DNA of 64,000 bases, taken from positions 119,799 through 183,798 of the forward strand of contig CAVOVZ010000013.1 of assembly GCA_963699985.1 (NCBI GenBank). The letters are read 5' to 3'. Below, in pieces: positions 44,386 through 53,784 of the stretch. The translations under genes were made by a program, and so were the position numbers. Each line of letters starts with the position of its first letter. Positions within the stretch are counted from its first letter, which is position 1. The DNA comes from Terriglobia bacterium (GTDB lineage: Bacteria; Acidobacteriota; Polarisedimenticolia; Polarisedimenticolales; CAVOVZ01). The notes beneath the pieces are model-generated. The model was not told where the DNA came from. It was given only the letters and a program-made list of their open reading frames with translations, and did no database searches.

Positions 44386-45540
44386 ATGACCGAACACGAA
44401 CGCTCGATCTGGAAGGTCATGCAGGCCAAGGGGTACTCGCGTCGGGACTTCCTCCAGTTCTGCTCGTACGCCGCCGCGGTCGCGGGGATCGAGGCGGCGC
44501 ATCTCGGCAGCGTCGTTGCCGCTTTCGAGCAGAAACCTCGCCCGCCGGTCGTGTGGCTCCACTTCCAGGAGTGCACGTGCTGCAGCGAGTCGTTCATCCG
44601 CTCGTCCCACCCCCTCGTCGCCGACGTGCTGCTGGACGTCCTCTCGCTGGACTACACCGAGACGCTGCAGGCGGCGGCCGGGTTCCAGGCGGAGAAGTGC
44701 CTGAAGGACACGATGCAGAAGTACGCGGGGCAGTACTTCCTCCTCGTCGAGGGCTCCGTCCCGGTCAACGACGGAGGCATCTACTGCACCATCGCCGGAC
44801 GAACGGCGCGGCAGATTCTGGAGGAAGCCGCGGCGGGGGCCGCCGCGATCATCGCCTGGGGGAGCTGCGCCTCGAACGGCTGCATTCAGGCCGCCAGCCC
44901 GAACCCGACCGGCGCGACCCCGATCCACGAGCTGGTCAAAAAGACCGTGATCAACGTGCCGGGATGCCCCCCTATCGCCGAGGTGATGCTCGGCGTGGTG
45001 ACGCACATCCTGGTGTTCCGGAATCCTCCCGAGCTGGACGGCCAGAACCGCCCGAAGGAGTTCTACGGCCGTCGCGTGCACGATACCTGCTATCGCAGGC
45101 CGTACTACGACGCCGGGCTGTTCGTGAACGCCTGGGACGACGAGCACGCCCGCAACGGGTACTGCCTCTACAAGATGGGCTGCCGCGGACCGGTCACCTA
45201 CAACGCGTGCTCGGTCACGAAGTGGAACGGCGGCGTCAGCTATCCGATCCAGTCCGGGCACGGCTGCATCGGCTGCAGCGAGCGGAACTTCTGGGACAAC
45301 GGGCCGTTCTACCGCCACCTCGCCGCGTTCCCCGGCTTCGGGATCGAGTCCACTGCGGACACCGTGGGAACGGTGGTGGGAGTGGTCGCCGCCGCGGGAG
45401 TCGCGGCCCATGCTGTGAGCACCAACATCCGCAAGCGCCGCCTGATCGCGGAGCACATGGACGAGTCGGAGAAACCGCAGCCGCCCGCGGGCGGTGGCAA
45501 GACCGGCGAGCGAGCGCCGGGAGGGGGTGAGCCACGATGA
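44386..45540 (+). CDS. hyaA: [NiFe] hydrogenase small subunit, group 1 membrane-bound uptake type, Tat-exported
   Basis: The Tat motif is SRRDFLQF. Also present are VVWLHFQECTCCSESFIRS, AWGSCASNGCIQAA, GCPP, distal-cluster motifs, and a C-terminal TM anchor (VVGVVAAAGVAAHAV). Confidence 0.95.
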   Translation: MTEHERSIWKVMQAKGYSRRDFLQFCSYAAAVAGIEAAHLGSVVAAFEQKPRPPVVWLHFQECTCCSESFIRSSHPLVADVLLDVLSLDYTETLQAAAGFQAEKCLKDTMQKYAGQYFLLVEGSVPVNDGGIYCTIAGRTARQILEEAAAGAAAIIAWGSCASNGCIQAASPNPTGATPIHELVKKTVINVPGCPPIAEVMLGVVTHILVFRNPPELDGQNRPKEFYGRRVHDTCYRRPYYDAGLFVNAWDDEHARNGYCLYKMGCRGPVTYNACSVTKWNGGVSYPIQSGHGCIGCSERNFWDNGPFYRHLAAFPGFGIESTADTVGTVVGVVAAAGVAAHAVSTNIRKRRLIAEHMDESEKPQPPAGGGKTGERAPGGGEPR

Positions 45541-47252
45541 AACGCGTCGTCGTCGATCCGATCACTCGCATCGAGGGACACCTGCGCATCGAGGCGGTCG
45601 TGGAGAACGGCCGGATCACCGATGCCTACAGCGCCGGCACCATGGTTCGCGGGTTCGAGCGGATCCTGAAGGGGCGCGATCCCCGCGACGCGTGGGCCTT
45701 CACCGAGCGCGCGTGCGGCGTCTGCACCACGGTCCATGCGCTCGCCAGCGTCCGCGCGGTCGAGGACGCCCTGGGGATCAGCGTCCCGCAGAACGCCGAG
45801 CTGATCCGGAACCTGATGTTCTGCACGCAGTACGTGCAGGACCACGTGGTGCATTTCTACCATCTCCACGCGCTGGACTGGGTGGACATCGTCAAGGCGC
45901 TCTCCGCCGATCCGGCGGAGACGTCGCGTATCGCCCAATCCATTTCGCCGTGGCCCAAGAGCTCCCCCGCCTACTTCGCTGCGATCCAGACGCGGTTGAA
46001 GACGTTCGCCGGGAGCGGCCAGCTGGGGATCTTCGCGAACGGCTACTGGGGGCACCCGGAGTACCGGCTCCCGGCCGAGGTGAACCTGCTGGGCGTCGCG
46101 CACTACCTGGAGGCACTCGAGTGGCAGAAGGAGATCGTCAAGATCCACACGATCTTCGGCGGCAAGAACCCCCATCCGAACTACCTGGTGGGGGGGGTTC
46201 CGTGCTCGCTCAACATCGACGAGGTCAACGCCGTCAACACCGAGCGGCTCAACCACGTGGCTCGCCTCATCCGCGATGCGATCGTGTTCGTGGAGCAGGT
46301 GTATCTGCCGGACCTCATCGCCGTGGCGGGGTTCTACAAGGACTGGGCGGCGATCGGAGGCGGCCTGAAGAACTACCTCGCCTACGGCGACCTCCCCACC
46401 GCCGGCTACGGCCAGCCGGAGTCGTTCAAGTTCCCCCGCGGGGCGATCCTCGACCGGGACCTGAGCCGGGTCCACGAGGTCAACGGCCGCGACGCCGAGG
46501 AGATCAAGGAGTACATCGCCCACTCCTGGTACTCCTACTCCAAAGGCGATTCCGCCGGGCTCCATCCGTGGCAGGGCGAGACCGAGTTCAACTACACCGG
46601 GCCCAAGCCGCCGTACGAGAACCTCGACGTCTCCGGCAAGTACTCCTGGCTCAAGACCCCGCGCTGGAAGGACCATCCGATGGAGGTCGGCCCGCTGGCG
46701 CGCTTGCTCGTGGCGTTCGCGCACGGCCACGCGGAAGTCAAGGAGGTCGTGACCGAGGCGCTGGCCAAGCTCGACGTCCCCGTCGCCGCCCTGTTCTCGA
46801 CCCTCGGCCGCACGGCCGCCCGGGGGCTCGAGACGAAGCTCGTGGCGCGCTGGATGCAGGGCTTCTACGACGACCTGATCGCCAACGTCCGGTCCGGCAA
46901 CGTGCGAACGTTCACACCCGAGAAGTGGGACCCATCGACCTGGCCCGCGACCGCGGAAGGGGTGGGACTCTCCGAAGCGCCGCGGGGTGCGCTGGCGCAC
47001 TGGATCCGCATCAAGGACGGGCAGATCGACAACTACCAGCTCGTCGTGCCCAGCACCTGGAACGCCTCGCCCCGGGACGCCAAGGGACAGCGGTCCTCGT
47101 ACGAGGAGGCCCTGATCGGAACGCCGGTGGCGAACGTCGAGCAGCCGCTCGAGATCCTGCGCACGATCCACTCCTTCGATCCGTGCATCGCCTGCGCCGT
47201 GCATCTGTACGACCCGGAAGGCAGGCACGTGCACGACCTGACGGTGGTCTGA
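45537..47252 (+). CDS. hyaB: [NiFe] hydrogenase large subunit
   Basis: N-terminal RIEGHLRIE and RACGVCTTVH, with C-terminal DPCIACAVH. The start overlaps the small-subunit stop (ATGA). Confidence 0.95.
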   Translation: MKRVVVDPITRIEGHLRIEAVVENGRITDAYSAGTMVRGFERILKGRDPRDAWAFTERACGVCTTVHALASVRAVEDALGISVPQNAELIRNLMFCTQYVQDHVVHFYHLHALDWVDIVKALSADPAETSRIAQSISPWPKSSPAYFAAIQTRLKTFAGSGQLGIFANGYWGHPEYRLPAEVNLLGVAHYLEALEWQKEIVKIHTIFGGKNPHPNYLVGGVPCSLNIDEVNAVNTERLNHVARLIRDAIVFVEQVYLPDLIAVAGFYKDWAAIGGGLKNYLAYGDLPTAGYGQPESFKFPRGAILDRDLSRVHEVNGRDAEEIKEYIAHSWYSYSKGDSAGLHPWQGETEFNYTGPKPPYENLDVSGKYSWLKTPRWKDHPMEVGPLARLLVAFAHGHAEVKEVVTEALAKLDVPVAALFSTLGRTAARGLETKLVARWMQGFYDDLIANVRSGNVRTFTPEKWDPSTWPATAEGVGLSEAPRGALAHWIRIKDGQIDNYQLVVPSTWNASPRDAKGQRSSYEEALIGTPVANVEQPLEILRTIHSFDPCIACAVHLYDPEGRHVHDLTVV

Positions 47253-47262
47253 GGAGGGCGCC

Positions 47263-47949
47263 ATGACCAAGCAGCACGTCGTTGCCTACCGGCGGATCTA
47301 CGTGTGGGAGCTGCCGGTGCGGCTCTACCACTGGGTGAACGCGATCTGTGTCGCGGTCCTCATCGTCACAGGCTTCCTCATCGGCAAGCCGCTGGCGATC
47401 ACCTACTCGCACGAGGCCTACCAGCAGTACTGGTTCGGCACCGTGCGGTTCCTGCACTTCGTCGCCGCGTTCGTCTACTTCTTCAATTTTCTCGTGCGCA
47501 TCTACTGGGGCTTCGTCGGCAACGCGCACGCGCGCTGGCAGAACTTCATCCCCTGGACGCGGACCCAGTGGCGCGAGATCGTGGACGTGCTGCGTGTGGA
47601 CATCGCCCAGACGAAGTTCGAGCGTCCGGTCGCAATCGGGCACAACGCACTGGCCGGTCTCATCTACTTCGCGTCGTTCCTCGTGTTTCTATTCCAGGCG
47701 GTAACCGGCTTCGCGCTGTACTCGGCGCTCAGCAAGTCGCTCCTGCCGCGGATGTTCGGCTGGGTCGTGCCGCTGATGGGCGGCGATTTCGCCGTGCGCC
47801 AGTGGCATCACGCGTTCCTCTGGTTCTTCGTCGTGTTCACGATCGTCCACGTTTACCTGGTCTTTTACCACGACTACGTGGAGGGGCGCGGCACGACCTC
47901 CTCGATGGTCGGAGGATGGAAGTTCGAGCGGGAGGATGCGATCAAGTAG
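47263..47949 (+). CDS. hyaC: Ni/Fe-hydrogenase b-type cytochrome subunit
   Basis: The product has four TM helices. YVWELPVRLYHWVNA...RFLHFVAAF...GHNALAG...WHHAFLW carries conserved haem-ligand His residues. Confidence 0.9.
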   Translation: MTKQHVVAYRRIYVWELPVRLYHWVNAICVAVLIVTGFLIGKPLAITYSHEAYQQYWFGTVRFLHFVAAFVYFFNFLVRIYWGFVGNAHARWQNFIPWTRTQWREIVDVLRVDIAQTKFERPVAIGHNALAGLIYFASFLVFLFQAVTGFALYSALSKSLLPRMFGWVVPLMGGDFAVRQWHHAFLWFFVVFTIVHVYLVFYHDYVEGRGTTSSMVGGWKFEREDAIK

Positions 47950-48418
47950 CGGCGACCATCCGACGCTGATCCTGGGGATCGGCAATCTCCTGATGGGCGA
48001 CGAGGGCGTCGGCGTCGAGGCCGTTCGCCGCGTGGCGGAGGCCGGCGTTCCGGACGGGGTGGAATGCCTCGACGGAGGCACCGGGTCCTTCGCGCTGCTC
48101 GAGCCGATGTGCAGGGCCGGGAGGATCGTCCTGATCGATGCCGCTTCCGACGGGGCCCGGCCCGGCACCGTCCGTAGGCTCACGCCGCGCTTCTCGACGG
48201 ACTACCCGCGCTCGCTCACCGCTCACGACATCGGTCTGAAGGATCTCATCGACGCGTTCCACCTGTTGGGGGATCCGCCGGAGGTCGTACTGTTCGCGAT
48301 ATCCGTCGTCTCGCCGTTGGCGCCCGGGCTGGGCCTCTCGAAGGACGTCGACGCCGCGCTCCCGGACGTGGTCCGAATGGTGCTCGCGGAGGCCGCAGGC
48401 TCCGCCAGCGCCGGGTGA
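47936..48418 (+). CDS. hyaD: hydrogenase maturation endopeptidase (HyaD/HupD/HybD family)
   Basis: TLILGIGNLLMGDEGVGVEAV...LIDA...HDIGL matches the family. Confidence 0.9.
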   Translation: MRSSSGDHPTLILGIGNLLMGDEGVGVEAVRRVAEAGVPDGVECLDGGTGSFALLEPMCRAGRIVLIDAASDGARPGTVRRLTPRFSTDYPRSLTAHDIGLKDLIDAFHLLGDPPEVVLFAISVVSPLAPGLGLSKDVDAALPDVVRMVLAEAAGSASAG

Positions 48419-48422
48419 AACG

Positions 48423-50111
48423 ATGCAGCTGCGAACCTCGGAAGCCCACGCCCTTCTGCGCTTCCTCCTTGCGGCGATCGCGATGGGGTGTGTCGGAGCC
48501 GCGCCGCGGGAACTGGCTCTGCGCCCACTCTCGCTCGACCTTCCGGGAGTGCCCAGCGCCGTCGTCCCCGCCGACCTCGACGGCGACGGCAACCTGGACC
48601 TCCTCGTCGTCGTCGCCCACACGCACTGGGAGCAGATCACGGAGGACCGGGTCGAGGACATGGTGCAGATGATCGAGGTGGTTCCGGCGCTCTTCGATCG
48701 TCGCGAGGCGCGCGTGTGGTTGGGCGACGGAAAGGGAGGCTACCGGCCACTCGCCGAGCCGATGCCGCTTCCCATGTCGGTCCTCTCGGTCGAGGCGGGA
48801 GGGCCAGGGCTTCCCGCCCTCGCCCTCACCGACGAGGGGATCGCCGCGTTTCGCGTGAAGAGGGGCGACGGCGCGGAGGCTCTCACGCTCGAGCCCCTGA
48901 TCCGCGAGACGCCGGTTCTCGCGCGCTCCGGCGTGCTCCTCTCGAACCTGGGCTTCGTGCACGACCTCGACGGTGACGGGCGATCCGACGTCCTGGTTCC
49001 CGCGAAGGACGGGGTCGCTCTCTATCTGTGGAACGGCTCCAGATTCGGCTCCGAGCCGGTGCAGCGCCTGAAGCTCCCCGGAGACGTGTCGCGCTCGGGC
49101 GCCCAGCCCTCGCGGTCCTATCCCCTCCCCGAGGTTTCCGATCTGGACGGGGATTCTCTCCCCGACCTGCTGGTTCACCCGGCCGAGGGCGGATCGGGCG
49201 GCGAGGCGCTGCTTCGCGGCTCGGGCGGAGGTCGCTTCGAGGAGGCGCGCACGCTTTCGCCGCGTTGCTTCGGCTTGCCGCCCTCGCGCCCTCCGGAGAA
49301 GCCGAACGACGGAGCGCAACGGGAAAAAAAGAAGAAGAGCAAGGAGAAGAAGGAGCCGCGGATCGACGGGGAAATCCTTTTCGTCGGCGATCTCGACGGC
49401 GACCGCTCCGCCGAGGTCGTCGTCCGGAAGGAGACAGAGACCGGCGACGAGGGGCTCAAGGAGGCCAAGGAGCCACGCTCGGTGCTCGAGCTCCACCACG
49501 TCCGCGCGGGGCTCGTCGTGGACCGCGAGCCGTACCACCGCTTCGACATCAAGGGGTATCCCATCGGGGGGAGCTGGCCGGACTTCACCGAAGGCGGCTT
49601 CAAGGACCTGGACGGCGACGGGCGGCTCGATCTGGTGACGGTCACTCTCGACTTCTCCGTGCTCCAGGTGGTGCGCGTCCTGGTGACCAAGACGGTGAGC
49701 ATCGGCGTCGAGTTCCACGTCTTCGCGCAGGGGGCGGACGGCCGGTTCCGCGGGGTCGAGGGACTCGACCTCACCGAGAAGCTGAAGTTCGATCTCAACA
49801 ACCTCGAGATGGGGCGCTTCGCCCAGTTCGAAGGGGACTTCGACGGCGACGGCCGCACGGACTTCATCCACCTGGGGCGCGGGAAGCAGGTCACGATCCA
49901 CCGTGGCCAGCCGGGTTGCCGGTACGCGGCGAAGCCCGACCTCGCCATCGAGATCGCGGAGGAGCCCCGGAACATCGGCCTCGTCCGGGTGATGGACTAC
50001 GACGGCGACGGCCGGTCGGATCTGTCGGTGATCCGCCCCCTGCCCTCGCCGGAAGAGGGGGTCACGTCTCCGATCCGCCTCGATCTGTACCTGAGCGGAG
50101 CCGCTCCATGA
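48423..50111 (+). CDS. secreted FG-GAP/VCBS-like seven-repeat protein
   Basis: The start is 4 nt after the hyaD stop, and the signal peptide is ALLRFLLAAIAMGC. There are seven DxDGDGxxD(L/V) loops (ADLDGDGNLDLLVV, HDLDGDGRSDVLVP, GDLDGDRSAEVVV, KDLDGDGRLDLVTV, GDFDGDGRTDFIHL, MDYDGDGRSDLSVI and others). It also has a Lys-rich insert, REKKKKSKEKKEP. Confidence 0.75.
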   Translation: MQLRTSEAHALLRFLLAAIAMGCVGAAPRELALRPLSLDLPGVPSAVVPADLDGDGNLDLLVVVAHTHWEQITEDRVEDMVQMIEVVPALFDRREARVWLGDGKGGYRPLAEPMPLPMSVLSVEAGGPGLPALALTDEGIAAFRVKRGDGAEALTLEPLIRETPVLARSGVLLSNLGFVHDLDGDGRSDVLVPAKDGVALYLWNGSRFGSEPVQRLKLPGDVSRSGAQPSRSYPLPEVSDLDGDSLPDLLVHPAEGGSGGEALLRGSGGGRFEEARTLSPRCFGLPPSRPPEKPNDGAQREKKKKSKEKKEPRIDGEILFVGDLDGDRSAEVVVRKETETGDEGLKEAKEPRSVLELHHVRAGLVVDREPYHRFDIKGYPIGGSWPDFTEGGFKDLDGDGRLDLVTVTLDFSVLQVVRVLVTKTVSIGVEFHVFAQGADGRFRGVEGLDLTEKLKFDLNNLEMGRFAQFEGDFDGDGRTDFIHLGRGKQVTIHRGQPGCRYAAKPDLAIEIAEEPRNIGLVRVMDYDGDGRSDLSVIRPLPSPEEGVTSPIRLDLYLSGAAP

Positions 50112-51691
50112 TCCGGCGGGGTCGTAGCCTGCTCGCGCCGGCCCTTGCGTGCCTCCTCGCGTCGGGAGCGCGCGCCGAGGAAGCGAAGCCCGAACGCCCC
50201 CCCGAGGATTCGGTGCAGGTGCGTCGTCACGAAGGAGCGAGCTCCGTCGAGGCTACCCTCGCTGGCGGGATCGTCGCCGCTGCCGCCCCGCGCCGGTCCG
50301 GAGGCGGTCGAGAGATCCTCCTGCTCGTCGCACCCCCGCGGAAGCCCTCGCAGGATCCCCCGAAAGCGGAAGCCGCGGAGGAGGAGATCTGCGCCGAGAA
50401 GTCTCGCACCGTGAAGGAGGCGCCGAAGCAGCCGATGCGCCTCGTCCGGCTGGACACGACAGGCGTGGGGGCCCTCGTGACCCTGCGCGACGATCTTCCC
50501 GGAGACGCGAGTCAGATCGCGACCGCCGACCTCGACGGCGTCGGAGCCGACGAGATCCTGATCGCGACCCCGAAAGGCATCGGGATCCTGCGCGCCGACG
50601 ACGGAGGTTGGACGACGCAACGAGCCGCAACGGAAGATCCGACCGGCCAAGCTCCGCGTTCCCTGCAACCCGGCAAGGTGCGCATGGGTGCCGGAACGCC
50701 CGATGCAGTCTTGGATATGACGCTCGGCGCGCTCCGTGCCCATGCTGCGTCCCAGGACGGCGCGTGGCGAACCCTCTTCGAGACCGATCTGCCGCTCACC
50801 GCGAAACGGACCTCGTGGGGGCTCGCTCTCTCGGGCCTGGCCGCGGAGCGGCTCGCCGCCCCCGATGGCCTGGACATGGTGGTGACCGCCCCTCAGACGC
50901 AGGGGCCGGACCGGCTGCGCAGCATCGTGGTGCGCCCCGGCGCAGCCGAACCCGACCGCCGAGTCGAGTGCTTCGCGAAGCTCCCCGGTCCCGAGAAGGT
51001 GCTGGAGAGCAGCCACGTGCTGCTCGACGGCCGCCCCGCGCTCGCGGTGACGACCATGCCTGCCGGGAAGCTCAGCATCTTCGGCGAGAAGCTGCTGCGG
51101 GTCTTCTTCCTCGAGAGCGATCGCACGCGCCTCGGCAAGCCGCCCGTGCTGGCGGTCGAGTCCGGCGCGAACCTCTGGCAGGAGACCCGCCTCACGGCCG
51201 CCGACGTGGACGGCGACGGCCGACAGGACATCGTGCTCGCTTACTGGAAAGGGCTCAAGGACGATACGGTCGTGCTCGACGCCTATCTTCGCCGAGCCGA
51301 CGGCACGTTCGAGCGAAGCGCTCGCTCCACCTCGTTCGATGTCGAGGAGGCGGACCGCGATGTCCTCGGATACGGGCTCGACCTCGACGGGACGGGGCTC
51401 CCCGACCTCCTGGTGATCGCGGGCGGAAAGCTCGAGCTTCACGCCGGAGCCGCCGCGGCGCGCGGAGGACGCAATCTCGTCGAGGCGAAGCCGCGTTGGG
51501 TCGTGCCGATCCCGTTCGAAGGAGGCGGGCAAGCCGTCGTGACCGTGTCCATCGGCACGGAGGGCGGCGGAATCGAGCGGCATGGATCCTCCTCGTCCGC
51601 GCCACGTCCGATCGACCTCGACGGCGACGGTCGCATGGAGCTGCTCCTGGTCGGCGCGTCGCAGGCGGTCGTCGTCTTGCCGTCGAGATAG
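50108..51691 (+). CDS. secreted FG-GAP-like repeat protein
   Basis: The ATG overlaps the upstream stop (ATGA), and the signal peptide is LLAPALACLLASGARA. The loops are ADLDGVGADEILIA, ADVDGDGRQDIVLA, LDLDGTGLPDLLVI and IDLDGDGRMELLLV. Confidence 0.7.
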   Translation: MIRRGRSLLAPALACLLASGARAEEAKPERPPEDSVQVRRHEGASSVEATLAGGIVAAAAPRRSGGGREILLLVAPPRKPSQDPPKAEAAEEEICAEKSRTVKEAPKQPMRLVRLDTTGVGALVTLRDDLPGDASQIATADLDGVGADEILIATPKGIGILRADDGGWTTQRAATEDPTGQAPRSLQPGKVRMGAGTPDAVLDMTLGALRAHAASQDGAWRTLFETDLPLTAKRTSWGLALSGLAAERLAAPDGLDMVVTAPQTQGPDRLRSIVVRPGAAEPDRRVECFAKLPGPEKVLESSHVLLDGRPALAVTTMPAGKLSIFGEKLLRVFFLESDRTRLGKPPVLAVESGANLWQETRLTAADVDGDGRQDIVLAYWKGLKDDTVVLDAYLRRADGTFERSARSTSFDVEEADRDVLGYGLDLDGTGLPDLLVIAGGKLELHAGAAAARGGRNLVEAKPRWVVPIPFEGGGQAVVTVSIGTEGGGIERHGSSSSAPRPIDLDGDGRMELLLVGASQAVVVLPSR

Positions 51692-51824
51692 CGGCTCCAC
51701 GGCCGCTGGCCTACCCCGCAACAGTGCCGGGAAGGAAAGAACCAGCGCCGGGGTCCGTCGTACAATCGCCCCGCAGCGGGCAGCGGGTCATCCCGCCGCG
51801 GAAGCGGCGCAGGAGGAGGGTCGC

Positions 51825-52607
51825 ATGACGGCGCAGACGCGTTGGGCACGCGGGGAGTTCAGTTGGTACGAGCTCGGCACGACCGACATCGACGGCTCGA
51901 AGAAGTTCTACGGAGCGCTCTTCGGGTGGACGACCCTGGACGTCCCGATGGGACAGATGGGGGTCTACACCATGTTCCGGCACGACGGCGAAGACCTCGG
52001 CGGGATGTACGAGCTCGAGGGGCCGCAGCTCGCGGGGATTCCTCCCCACTGGATGGCGTACGTCGCCGTGGACGACGTCGATGCCGACACCGCGCGGGCG
52101 AAATCGCTGGGCGGGAGGGCGATCGTGGAGCCCACGAACGTCCCGGACGTCGGGCGGATCTCGGTGATCCAGGACCCGCAGGGCGCAATGATCTCGATGT
52201 TCCAGGCAGGACAGCATCCCGGCTCCGGTCGCTGGAACGGCGCAGCGAGCACCTTTTGCTGGAGCGAATTGATGACCCGGGACACCGCCGCTGCGGCGAG
52301 GTTCTACACCGACCTCCTCGGTTGGAGCGCCAAGGCGAGTCCCTTGGGCCCCGGCATGTCCTACACGGAATGGCAGGTCGGCGGGAAAGCCGTCGGCGGC
52401 ATGATTGCGATCGACCCCAGCTGGGGACCGATGCCGCCCCACTGGATGAACTACATCGCGGTGACGGATTGCGATGGAACGGTGAGCACGGCGCGGGGGC
52501 TGGGCGGGAAGACCATCGTCCCGCCCACCGACATCCCGAACGTCGGGCGCTTCTCGATCGTGAGCGATCCGAGCGGCGCGGCGTTCGCCGTGATCAAGCT
52601 CGGGTAG
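51825..52607 (+). CDS. VOC-family (glyoxalase/bleomycin-resistance fold) protein, two tandem domains
   Basis: FSWYELGTTDIDGSKKFYGALFGW...GRISVIQDPQGAMISMF is repeated as FCWSELMTRDTAAAARFYTDLLGW...GRFSIVSDPSGAAFAVI. An AGGAGGAGGG RBS is present. Confidence 0.85.
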   Translation: MTAQTRWARGEFSWYELGTTDIDGSKKFYGALFGWTTLDVPMGQMGVYTMFRHDGEDLGGMYELEGPQLAGIPPHWMAYVAVDDVDADTARAKSLGGRAIVEPTNVPDVGRISVIQDPQGAMISMFQAGQHPGSGRWNGAASTFCWSELMTRDTAAAARFYTDLLGWSAKASPLGPGMSYTEWQVGGKAVGGMIAIDPSWGPMPPHWMNYIAVTDCDGTVSTARGLGGKTIVPPTDIPNVGRFSIVSDPSGAAFAVIKLG

Positions 52608-52625
52608 CGATTGCCAGCCGTGGTG

Positions 52626-52660
52626 CGGGGGAGGGCGACTGCCTCCCCCGCGTTTCTTGC
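52626..52660 (+). terminator. rho-independent terminator
   Basis: GCGGGGGAGG-gcgactg-CCTCCCCCGC followed by GTTTCTTG, starting 19 nt after the VOC-gene stop. Confidence 0.55.
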
Positions 52661-52676
52661 CGCGCCGGTCGCGCCC

Positions 52677-53141
52677 TCACTTCTTCGGGGTTTCGACCAT
52701 CGTGGCGTCGAATCTTCCCTCTCGGTGCACGAAGAACAGGCAATCGGCGCCCGCCTTGCAGCTCGTTACGTGCTTCACCCCGCCTCCGAACGAGAAGAAC
52801 GAACCGGGTCCCAGATCCACGGCCGCTTTTCCTTCGGTGGTAAAGCTGACGGTTCCCGAGACGACGACTCCGTGATCGCCGTGCGTGTGCCAGTGCAGGG
52901 GAGCGCCGGAGCCGGCCGGCCACCGATAGAGCACCCCGTGCTCGGTCCCGTTCGGATCGCCCCAGAGGCGCGCCTGCGAAGCCCCCGGAATCGGCGTGAA
53001 GGGCTCCCACTTCATCTGAGACGCGGGCCACAGAATGGCCTGGCCCGCCGGGATCTTGTTCCTTGCATCCCCGGACGCCGCAACCGGGACGATGGCGAGA
53101 GAGAGAAGGACCACACCCAGACACAGTTTGGATCCGTACAT
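52677..53141 (-). CDS. secreted cupin-domain protein
   Basis: An AAGGAGGA RBS and the signal peptide LCLGVVLLSLAIVPVAASG are present. PLHWHTHGDHGVVVSGT is the cupin motif 1 (HxH...), and GGGVKH is also present. Confidence 0.75.
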   Translation of the reverse strand: MYGSKLCLGVVLLSLAIVPVAASGDARNKIPAGQAILWPASQMKWEPFTPIPGASQARLWGDPNGTEHGVLYRWPAGSGAPLHWHTHGDHGVVVSGTVSFTTEGKAAVDLGPGSFFSFGGGVKHVTSCKAGADCLFFVHREGRFDATMVETPKK

Positions 53142-53381
53142 GTTCTTCCTCCTTGCGAAAATCCACGCGTATGGGCCGAGTCTACAGCGTGAGCGGGAGG
53201 AATGAAAGAGGCTCCGGTTCCGCTTCCGCGCTCACCGCCCCGCGCCTGAGTTCCCCAGGGGAGAACGAACGGAATGCGGTGCACCACGTCGACGTTGCGG
53301 TGGGCCTGCACCAGGAGGTGGCAAGCCACCAACAGGTCGCGCGTGGTCGTCCGCCCGGAGCGTCAACAGTCCGCGGCGGCG

Positions 53382-53663
53382 TCACTTCCCGGCGGGCATC
53401 GGCCGGGTCGGCGCGGTCTCGAGGTACATCGGTCGCCACGCTCCTTTGTGGCGCACCATCAGTCTCCCTCGGACCCCGCCCGTTTTCTCGACCCCGGGGT
53501 GCGAGTCGACGACGATCCCAGCCTCCGCGGAGATGGCGATCCATTGGCCCGCGGCCACGCCGTCCGGGACCGGATCGCCCTCAGCCCTGCCCACCGCAAC
53601 GCCGGCCACGATGGCGGCCGCGGCGGACAGGATCGGAATGACGATTCGAAGACGCGCGCTCAT
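53382..53663 (-). CDS. small secreted hypothetical protein
   Basis: ATG 53663 follows a GGGAGG RBS, the signal peptide is RLRIVIPILSAAAAIVAGVAVG, and the product is 93 aa. Confidence 0.5.
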   Translation of the reverse strand: MSARLRIVIPILSAAAAIVAGVAVGRAEGDPVPDGVAAGQWIAISAEAGIVVDSHPGVEKTGGVRGRLMVRHKGAWRPMYLETAPTRPMPAGK

Positions 53664-53784
53664 GGTTGCCTCCCTGTCCGAGGTCGACGCACGTTTCATG
53701 ATCCGTCCGAAATCAGCCACGTCGATCAGCCCGGGGCCCGGCGGTGCGGGCGACCGGAATCGCGAGACTCGAGGCGAGCCTCCG

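Noticed and set aside
45309-47270. Long antisense or off-frame ORFs opposite well-supported genes. Examples include 1088..2629 (except its last 75 codons), 16440..18092, 25063..26649, 26105..28222, 31213..33330, 36275..38572, 38971..41415, 45309..47270, 48246..49901, 55825..58209 and 60758..62053.
   Set aside because: All have Arg/Pro/Gly-dominated composition and no recognisable motifs, and each overlaps a gene with strong family signatures on the other strand or frame.
49321-49355. A purine-rich tract with an A7 run (GGGAAAAAAAGAAGAAGAGCAAGGAGAAGAAGGAG) in the first FG-GAP gene, considered as a phase-variation site.
   Set aside because: A single short homopolymer that encodes an in-frame Lys-rich linker, with no evidence of length heterogeneity. 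It is noted only as compositionally unusual.
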